Source of the DNA: Dimorphilus gyrociliatus
Taxonomy: Eukaryota; Animalia; Annelida
Direction: 5' to 3'
NCBI GenBank assembly: GCA_904063045.1
Contig: CAJFCJ010000014.1
Coordinates: forward strand, 930,001 to 994,000
Length of the DNA stretch: 64,000 bases
The notes beneath the pieces were generated by a model that did no database searches, was not told the origin of the DNA, and was given only the letters and a program-made list of their open reading frames with translations. Both the position numbers and the translations under genes were made by a program. Below are positions 54,745-64,000 of this stretch, piece by piece; within the stretch, counting starts at the first letter, position 1; every line of letters begins with the position of its first letter.

Positions 54745-55162
54745 ATGAATGACACAAATTGCACTTTGATTCCACTGAATCGGAACGATTCAAAGTACGA
54801 TTACGACGGTGCGTTATGTTACGTCATTGCAGTTTTGCTCTTCTACTCCCTGTCAATCTTTCTAATAATCGCCTCACTAGCGAGGAGATCAAGAGCTCAA
54901 GATGCCGTATTGGATTATATAAGGGAGGTCAGAGCTAATAGACGCCTGGAGTTAAAGGAACAAAATGATCAGGTTCGACGAGCCCTTAGAGAAAAATGGC
55001 GTTCAGCTGCTCATAGGGCAGTAAGCTCAAAAAAATTGTCCAATTTAATAAGTATGTCTGTTAATAAGAAACGAGTCCCCGAGAAAACAATAGTAGATAT
55101 TGAACAAGATTTTAGAGTATGCATGTCGACTGATGTATCTGTAAATTCACTAATTACAATAC
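54745..55162 (+). CDS. Single-pass membrane protein with KCNE/MinK-like signature (3' end lost in gap)
   Basis: ATG at 54745; three N-glycosylation sequons (NDT, NCT, NDS), TM ALCYVIAVLLFYSLSIFLIIASL, then RRSRAQDAVLDYIRE. The ORF runs into Ns. Coding status is well supported; the family call is tentative. Confidence 0.6.
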
Positions 55163-55564
55163 NNNNNNNNNNNNNNNNNNNNNNNNNNNNNNNNNNNNNN
55201 NNNNNNNNNNNNNNNNNNNNNNNNNNNNNNNNNNNNNNNNNNNNNNNNNNNNNNNNNNNNNNNNNNNNNNNNNNNNNNNNNNNNNNNNNNNNNNNNNNNN
55301 NNNNNNNNNNNNNNNNNNNNNNNNNNNNNNNNNNNNNNNNNNNNNNNNNNNNNNNNNNNNNNNNNNNNNNNNNNNNNNNNNNNNNNNNNNNNNNNNNNNN
55401 NNNNNNNNNNNNNNNNNNNNNNNNNNNNNNNNNNNNNNNNNNNNNNNNNNNNNNNNNNNNNNNNNNNNNNNNNNNNNNNNNNNNNNNNNNNNNNNNNNNN
55501 NNNNNNNNNNNNNNNNNNNNNNNNNNNNNNNNNNNNNNNNNNNNNNNNNNNNNNNNNNNNNNNN
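55163..55564. other. Assembly gap (402 N)
   Basis: Run of N; hides the 3' ends of two convergent genes. Confidence 1.
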
Positions 55565-58492
55565 CCTTGAGGAATTCCTCCAAAGCTTCATCAATTGTAG
55601 CTTCCGGTAATGTGCCGATCGCACTGGCGGCTTTACGTTGGAACCAGGACAGTTGGGAAAGCTCGTACCTAAAACGTCCGATAAGATGATGGGGCAATGG
55701 GTCATCGGGAGACAGCTCGATTGCTTTTTCGATATGCTCTTTATATATGATACCTCCTCTCAGACGATCTATAGGATTCTCAAAATCTCCCATCTTGCCA
55801 ATAGAGAGAGCATACCAGATGTGACTCTTCGGATTAGTGTTGTCCAATGTCAATGATTTTTGGGCGATTTCCTTAGCTTTAAGAATGAACGCTTTTTCGG
55901 CATCTTGGTTTCCTCGAGATTCTTCCAACAAGGCCATTTGCATGTGAGCTTGGGAGAGTCGCCATAAAAATTCGCTCTCTTTGTCGAACTACGTATCGTC
56001 AATATCGAATTGGCAAACAACAATGAATCAACAGTCCAAAGTCGAAAAGTTAGACTTACCTTGTTTTTATGGGATTCCAATAATCTATATGCCTCGATTT
56101 TGTCGTCGTCACTACCTTTTAATAGCGTATCGACCTGTTTAGAAAGTTCTGGCAAGGAGGAATATGTCCGGATTTGATTCGACGCCTCCTTACCTAACAG
56201 CAGGGAGGTAAGCTGGCTCTCGCTGTTTAGAGAAAAAACACAAACACGTTCGTTTTATACAAAGTTCCCTTCAACCTTCCGCTACCCGCATATACCTAAT
56301 TAAAGCGAAGACAAAAAGGAAAATTTGCAATCGTCCGTTCATAATCACAAAGGCAACAGTTCACTAATAAAAGCTAATAACTTTCCAAAAGCGCCATCTA
56401 TCTAATCAGGGACAAATCATCAATTTTTTTAACTACCGATAAAAAGACAAGAGGACATCTGAAAATATTTAGCGATAAAAAAAGCCGATCATCGCCTTAT
56501 CGATATATCGATAGCAATTCATCGGCTGATCGCTAGTGGCTCTTCTACTGAGGTCGACTAGTGTAGTTATTATATATTATGTAATCTTGTTCAAGGGTAA
56601 TTTTTATTTTTTGTTTTTGTTTATTCTCTACTTCTATAAATCATTGTAAACAAGAAAATTAAATTTACATTCTTTAATAGACATTTAATACATTACTAAA
56701 GTGATATTTCTCTATAATCGAACCTTTTTGTTTTATCTTTCCCACGAAATAGAGGAATCGAGAATCTGGAAAATAGCTGAACAGAACACAATATAAAGAT
56801 GTTTAATATGAAAACGATAGCAGCAATTTTCTTTTTCCTCTCCGCATTCATGCTGTCTACTAAAATGTTGGTTTAAAATAAAAGAGTTAACTTTCGTGTC
56901 AACACCTTGTCGTCTATAGAAATGCTGTTTTTTTTTTCTATTGCTATTCTAAATCGGTCAAATCGACCTCGTTTAAAGAATTCTTATCAATTGATAAGAT
57001 TTCTGAATCTAGATTTCAACGAGGTCGAACGTTCAGACGCACTCTTAGAGGGAAAATCGTTACAGTTCAGTTATCACATATTTCGGCAAGTTTTTAGACG
57101 GGTTTCATTATAAATTCCTGGTGAGGTTATATCTATTCTCGACTTTCACTTTAACACTTATTATTTATATTAGTAGCAAGAACGATTAATAATTAATATC
57201 GTTTTTCATTCAGATAAAAAGACGACACGGTCATCTTATACCCTTTATCGATATAAGACACGAACGCACAACTATTAACGGTATATGTAATTGTAATTAG
57301 AGTAAATGTATGATTCGTTAATTAGGGAATCTCAGGGTGCAAAATGATCATATGGCGCACTCGAGTAAATTAATTAAATTCGTCTGTAGATTCTAAGACG
57401 ATTAAGAGAGATTAACGTTCCCAATACCGTAGAGAGAAGTCAAAGATGACGACTAAAAAACGCCAAATACTATTTAGTACTGACCTTTCATCCAGAAATC
57501 TTTAAAGATTTATTATTTTATGAAAAGAAAAGGAAATGAACATTTTTATAAAAATGTCTACAAAATAATAATAGTAATAAATTAAGATAAGAAGTAATAC
57601 TAATGATATTACTATATAATAATATAAACTAATATAATTCGATATAAACTAATTAATAAGTAATAAAGATTATTTAACAGGATGTAACAAATGTAATAAA
57701 ATTATTAAAATGGAAAATAGTTATCAAATGCAAAAAATCATTACATCTATATCAGTTTATCTCCAATATGTTGTATATATAGAATATTTAATCTGTTACT
57801 CTTTTATAAAGGGGGAGCTTAACCGCAAAAAAAAAATAATTAAATCAAATAAAATTAAATAGAAAAGGCTTGGGAAAAATAGATTACACGTATAAAGAAT
57901 ATTACGTAATGACATCAAAGTTAGTGCTGGTATGTAAGTGTACTTTATCATGAGTAGTTACGATGAAATGGTGGTAATTTAATTACAAGATTTCAACCCT
58001 CATAGATTTACACCACTCTTCCTATTCCATCCTATTTCGTGTGGTGTAATTGATCTATTCTTTTTCTAAATCGTTCTATTATATCCGATTTGTTTGTTCC
58101 ATTTAAATTCCTTTTCTAACAACAAAGAATCTTGAGAACAGAGATAGAAAAAAAAGGAAAAATATAACGAAAAGAGAAATTTTAAAGAACAGAAAATTTC
58201 CTTTTTTCCCTTTAACTTTAGAGAAAAATGAATGCAACGATTAGGAGATAAAAAAAAGAATACAAAGAAAAGAGCTTCTTAAAACATGCTATTTTAATAG
58301 ATCTTATACGTAGTTTATGATAGTGATAGCAGCGTTAATAGTAATAGTAGTAATATTAATAATAATTAAATTTACCTTAACTTTTGTTGATTTTGTTTGA
58401 ACATAAGATGAATTTAAGTTTTTTTCTTTATTTAAATATCATTCAAAGCGAGAAAAGGGAAAAAAAAGAGCGAGATAGAGAAAGATAGGAAA

Positions 58493-58523
<31 letters not shown>

Positions 58524-59059
58524 AGTTTTTGAGAATTTTTCAGCCAAAACCTTTTTTCTTTTCAATAGTTTAAGACGTAAATTATTTATCTTTTTACACA
58601 TAAAATTAAAGCTATAAGCCAAAAACAAATAATGAAATTATAATAAAAATGAAAAAGAAACGGTTATGAAAATTTTTTTGCCAGAAAACTAGCGAATACT
58701 CTGCATTAAGTAATATGTAGAAAAGATTTTAAGCATAAATACATTGGATCATATAGAGTTACTGAACACACACGTGTCTGGACTAGAAAAAAGAACATTC
58801 GATAAACTCACTCTAGAGCTTCTTCGAATTCTTCACTCTCATCCTCGCTATCCTTGCTATCGACTCTTGCATTTTGCTGATTCTTCTTTAATGTCTTTAT
58901 CTCACTAATTAAAACTTCCAATCTAGTTCGTACGATCCTCAATTCATATATTAATTTTTGAAGATAATTCTGAAAATAGATGCAACTTCCTGCTCCAATG
59001 ATCAAACCACTGGCAAAAACGGCTATTGAATAAGCCTTATTCTTCAAAACTACACTCAT
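55565..59059 (-). CDS. RMDN2/3: Regulator of microtubule dynamics (FAM82/PTPIP51-type) with N-terminal TM; exons 59059-58812, 56222-56060, 55988-(gap)
   Basis: TM (SIAVFASGLIIGAGSCIYF), coiled coil, acidic tract, then TPR-like region EFLWRLSQA, HIWYALSIG, KEHIEKAIELSPDDPLPHHLIGRFRYELSQLSWFQRKAASAIGTLPEATIDEALEEFLK typical of RMDN. Confidence 0.93.
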
Positions 59060-59438
59060 TCTGTATCTTATAGTCTTTTTATTACGTAACTGACACTAAA
59101 ATAACTATTATATTAAACAAATCTGCAATAATGGCAAATATTGATGAAAAAAAAATAGTCGTCCTTGACCTTGATCAGCTGTTTTATGGTGTGACAGTTC
59201 GGCAGAGATTTTTTCACCCTCCCGCTGGCTGTACGGAAATTTTGCAGTGAGTCTAGTTAATTAAGAAAATCCCTGTAGTATTCATAAGGTTAGTCCTTCA
59301 AGATCACGTGATGTTATTATATTGGAAAAATATATCTCAGATTTCGCACAGGGAGCCTTAGAGTAAGCACAGAGATAAGAATCGTTAATTGAACGTTCTG
59401 AAATCTTTCAACGAAAGTTAGTTAAATTAGTTAAAGAC

Positions 59439-59857
59439 ATGCCCTATGTTGTAATTAGCACCAAAGTGCGGCTGGTTTGTATGCATATTGTTTCAATACA
59501 AGTTTGTTTAGGAATCTATCATATTTCTTGTTTGTTTAGGAATCAGGGCCCTGCACTGTAGGAGACGCTGATAGCGATAAAGAACTTATGGAATATCTAG
59601 ATGCAACTTTAACAAAAAAAAGCGGTAATAATTTGTAAGTATATTGTTTGCAATAGTGAAATTATGTACATAAAAGAAACCTTAGCATCTCCCACCATTG
59701 CTATACTTTGAACTCTTTCTGCATATTTTACAGTTACGAGTACGAAACTAGATATGTGCCTCGAATGGTTCTGAATATGTTAGAACAGCGAGGTTATTAT
59801 GTTGTAGCAATGACCGGGGTTGGTCAAACATGCATGTGGACACTTCATAAAAAATAA
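59439..59857 (+). CDS. GCHFR: GTP cyclohydrolase I feedback regulatory protein (GFRP), 84 aa; exons 59439-59474, 59540-59634, 59734-59857 (absent from ORF track)
   Basis: Spliced translation MPYVVISTKVRLESGPCTVGDADSDKELMEYLDATLTKKSGNNFYEYETRYVPRMVLNMLEQRGYYVVAMTGVGQTCMWTLHKK matches human GFRP (MPYLLISTQIRMEVGP..VGD..SD.ELM..L......GNNFYEY....PR.VL..LE.RG..V..MTGVGQT..W.LHK) and has the same length. Confidence 0.96.
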
Positions 59858-60357
59858 GAAATCCAATTTTCAGAACCGGAAGTATAGATGACGCTATCTT
59901 TCAAGCGTCCTTGACTATCATATAATATATATATATATACTAATATATACAAGTCTATAAGAAAAACACCAACGACATCTATTGTATATTGATTTAGTAC
60001 AAAAGGAAAATAAATTGTTTTTTTTAAAGATATCATATTATTCTGTTTATTTAATACAAAGATGAAAAAACGGCCTATAGTTACATAATTATTATATTTG
60101 GAAACTAAAAATCTATCATAAGCAAACAAAATAAGCACTTGAAAATATGGACTTTGTTTTGAAGACCCACCATTGAAATGGAGATTACGAAAAAACAATA
60201 CACAAATTATAAATTACATTCTACAACTTCTCACTTTGTAATTCAACCTTTAACAAATAGTTTGTCATGTGTTATCGTATGATATTTTATGGGTCATGTG
60301 ACAATGAAAAAGGCTAGGGTTGAACATTTTACTTGTAAACTTGTACATGAGTAGGAT

Positions 60358-60804
60358 ATGCCCTACATAACCATAAGTGTGAAGGAAGTTCCGGTAATAT
60401 TTAATTCTAGACTTTGTACTTTAGTCATTGAACACCTTTGGAAAATTTTAAACATTTCAGGTAGCGAGGGATTTCCGTTGTATTGTAGGCGACGAAAGTA
60501 GCGATAGTAACATGATGGGTTATTTAGACGCCGAACTGGTGTTAATTCCCGTTGAGGGCGGAAGGTATTAAGAAACGTTATGTAATTTTAATTTAAAGCA
60601 TTTAACTGGTATTCTGTTTTTAGATCGAGGAGATTGTACTTGACAAGAGATTCCCCTTGCCAAATTATGAATAAGTTAGAAAGGCGTAATTATCATGTAA
60701 TAGCGGCTACCGGATATGGTCAAACATGTACTTGGACACTGTACTCAAACTGTGACAAAATAGTACCTAATGGACACTTTCGTGTTTTCCAATCTTATTG
60801 TTAA
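60358..60804 (+). CDS. GCHFR: Divergent tandem GFRP paralog, 106 aa; exons 60358-60393, 60461-60564, 60624-60804 (absent from ORF track)
   Basis: MPYITISVKEVP|VARDFRCIVGDESSDSNMMGYLDAELVLIPVEGGR|SRRLYLTRDSPCQIMNKLERRNYHVIAATGYGQTCTWTLY + 22-aa tail; same intron positions and phases (0, 2) as the upstream copy; open frame. Confidence 0.88.
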
Positions 60805-62850
60805 TCATATTCTTTTAATGTCTACAAAATAAAAGTATCATATGCTACATTGCTATATATAATATAGATAAATAAGGAAAAGCGTAATCCTTCCATACTA
60901 AAGTCTATTTTTGATTATGTTCTGAATATTTATATTATAAAGAAATCTATTCTAAGAAATTCCCCAACACTAGTAACAAATAGAAACTTTGAAAGCCTAT
61001 TTTTTACCCAATAAAAGCATCAAGTAAGAGCAATATCTCAAAATAAGGATGAATACTATTGAATATTCATAACTGCTTTTTATAGTGTTTATAAAAAATT
61101 AGAATCAGACCAACACAACAAAATAGAAAAATAACAATAAAATAACATGTACGTACCTAAAATTAGCCTATTAAGAAAATGATAGAGAAACACAGAGAGA
61201 GAGAGAGAGAGAGAGCGACCGAAAGAAAGAGAGGAGGGGGTAGGGAGAAATGGAAGAAAAGGGAGAATTATTTTCATAGATAAGATAGTTATTTAAAAAG
61301 ATTTCTTCTGGTCGATATGGAAGAAAAAATGTTGGCAATTGATAAAAGATTAGATAAGATTGAATAAAGAAAAAACGCGATTGAATAAAATGAAGTTAAC
61401 ATGTCAATTAAAAAGTTGTCAACATATTATATAATCGATTTAAAAGAGAAAGAGAAAAGAGAGAGAGAGAGAGAAAAGTATACTATGTTGATTATATGAA
61501 AAAGCAATCTATCGCTAACTGATAAGAGATTGTTGTTATGTAGTTTAACTTAAAAACTATGATTTGGTAATATCAAGTAGAAACACAAAGCTATAATATT
61601 ATAAATGTAGAACTGTATAAATAAGGGATATTTTCCGTGTCAATAAGAATAACATTTGAAAATCCTTATCTCCTTGATAAAAATCTTTACCTCTTCCTCT
61701 TTCGATAGATATTTAAGCAAGAGTTTCCTGTTTGGATATACTTTTCAGGGATTGTTTATACACCTTTTATTACTTTTAACATTAATTTATAATTAATTTA
61801 GTAATGATTTTATCATTATATCTTTGTCATTCCAAATTAGAAAACTATGTAATGGAAGACATTAAGAAATGATAAATCTAATTGATCGTTTTCTCTGATA
61901 TTTAAATATAAAGATCATCTATGTATTCAGTATAAATTGATATATATATATATAGTATATACTGTAAACGTTGTGAATATAACATCATTATATGAATAAA
62001 GCAGGAAATCGGTTAGAAGAGGAAGAAGGAACCAGCGGGTTTCTCTAATTATAACTCTGCCAGCTCCTTCCTAAAATCGTTACATTTTCTTTATAATGAA
62101 CTCGAGGTTCATGAACGGTTTATTTTTTGTGTTCTAATCGATAAATATTTTCAAAATATATCTATTTTTAAACATTTATACAATGTCATATGTAAATATT
62201 AAAATATCACCCCACTTATGAATATTCATAATAAAAGATCTTTCTATGTTATTGATTTTAATTTCTTTATATGAATTTTAAAAGCTTCTATAAGAACATG
62301 TCATATGTATTTGTATGCATATATATATATATGTCATAGAACGTAGTAGCCCTTATTTAACGACGTTATTAATACTTTCTCGATACTATATACAAAAGTG
62401 TCAATTAGAACAAAGATAATGAAGTCTTATCAGTCAAGACTGTCATTTTTAATATAGTAAAGGAGGAAATTTACTTACTTTTTTCCCTATAAAGCTAAAA
62501 TAATACCTCTAGTTGTTTTTTTATATAAAAAAACGAAAATAGAATATTAAAAAGTTATTTTCCTTTTTCTGATACTTTTATACGAATAATCTAGCCAGGT
62601 TTAATTACAGTTATTGTTATAGAACATATCAATTTACATTATTATTTCTACATAATTGAATAAAGGTTAGTCGAGGAGACTGTTGTTGTATAGGATATCA
62701 ATACAATAAAGTTTTCCCCCTTTCTCTTTTATCTATAAGCTTGAAAAAAAGACGAGAAAAAGAAAAAAGAAAAAAATGAAAGAAAGGAAGATAGAGAACG
62801 GTGACGACAGAATAAGGTTGATTATGGGAAAATTTTCTATCGTACAAAAG

Positions 62851-62853
<3 letters not shown>

Positions 62854-62897
<44 letters not shown>

Positions 62898-62927
62898 GAA
62901 CGAGAGAACAACAACAACAACAACAAC
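62854..62927. repeat. Compound (GA)n + (ACA)n microsatellite
   Basis: GA run 62854-62889, ACA run 62908-62927. Confidence 0.95.
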
Positions 62928-64000
62928 GAGCGAACAGTTTACAACACTTTTTACTATCGCACTTAAATAGAAAAAAAAAAGTAAATAAGAAATGTTGCAA
63001 TTTATTTTTCACTTGAAAAAAAGTCGATTTATTTTCTTTATAAAAAAAAAAAATACATTTTTTTTAAGAGACGGAAAACAAAATGAAGAGAAGGAGGAAG
63101 CCGGTTTTGAATACTATTTAAAATAATTAATTAAATATTTTCAAAACTATTCAAAAATTGTTTTTAACACTTTTTGTGAATATAGTTTTTTTTTATTTGT
63201 TGATTGTTAAATGTATATAGAAACATCAAGGACTAGAAAAATAAATAAATAATAAACTATGTTGGTTAATGATGTTACTTTATGCCTTTTCTTCTTCTTT
63301 TTCCTTTACGTTAAACCTATATTAGTAATATTTATCTCTTGTTGTAATTTAATATAGGCTTTATCAACGAGTACCAATAAGACTAGAAAACTTATTTTGA
63401 TTGCTTTTTCTTCTCTCTCTCGCTCTCTCTCTTTGCTTATTTCTAAAAATAAAATGTAGCTGTACATGAAAACTACTAAAAATAAAAATATCTTAAGTCT
63501 TTCGTTGTAAATGTCCATTGAAACTATTTACGAATCGCAATAGATACTAAATACTTAAATCTACAAGAAACAAGTGAAGAAATACTACCAAACAAGTTAG
63601 GCCATCTAGTGGTTATTAATAGAAATAGTTGCGAATCTATCACTGCTGTTATTACCTATATTCAATACATTCCCTTATAGATAGGATCTTTTAAAGAAGA
63701 GAGGGATAAATTGTTGAAAGGATAATTAATATTCTTATCAATATTGAAAAAACTCTCTATTCTTTACTTGATTTTTATTTAGCTTCAACGTATACTGTTT
63801 GTAATTGGAATACTATATAATTATTCAAAATTTTAAAGTAATTAGCCCAGCTGGAGACGATCTCGTGTGGCTTTCACTTTTAATTTTTATCAAAGATTAG
63901 TGATTATATTCTCTTTTAATATAGAAGAAAACTCTATTATAGAAGAAGAAAGAAGAAGAAGATTAATTCCCCACTCTCCAAGTATTTTTGATATTACCCT

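Noticed and set aside
54676-55943. Long ORFs 54676-55689, 55011-55943 and 55154-55705 in the track
   Set aside because: They read through the N gap and artificially fuse two convergent genes.
60241-60324. Imperfect inverted repeat between the GFRP copies (miRNA/MITE-like)
   Set aside because: Only short stems with a poorly paired middle; no target-site duplication and no known seed.

Overview
Eukaryotic (animal, non-vertebrate bilaterian) genomic DNA: AT-rich, gene-dense, with mostly 45-100 nt GT-AG introns and many TA/GA microsatellites. This suggests a compact invertebrate genome; a lophotrochozoan such as the annelid Dimorphilus is an unverified guess. I reconstructed about 19 intron-containing or single-exon protein-coding genes by hand: two GAPR-1/GLIPR2-like CAP genes, a degenerate EOGT-like GT61, an S1 protease, a small secreted orphan, IVNS1ABP, RBM34, CATSPERB, a three-domain AK5, YY1, two globin X genes, ANGEL, ABHD11, two inverted Lhx2/9 (apterous) paralogs, a KCNE-like single-pass protein, an RMDN2/3 gene and two tandem GCHFR genes that the ORF track misses. 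There is a 402-nt N gap. No rRNA, tRNA, CRISPR or recognisable mobile element was found. Best leads: the KCNE1-like protein; the head-to-head RMDN-GCHFR pair, which matches the human RMDN3-GCHFR arrangement and carries a divergent second GFRP; the CatSper-beta/triple-AK sperm-flagellar gene pair joined through a 10-nt microexon; a YY1-site cluster in YY1 intron 1; and a CAP protein with a K-Ras-like polybasic CaaX tail. All family assignments come from motif recognition, not database searches.
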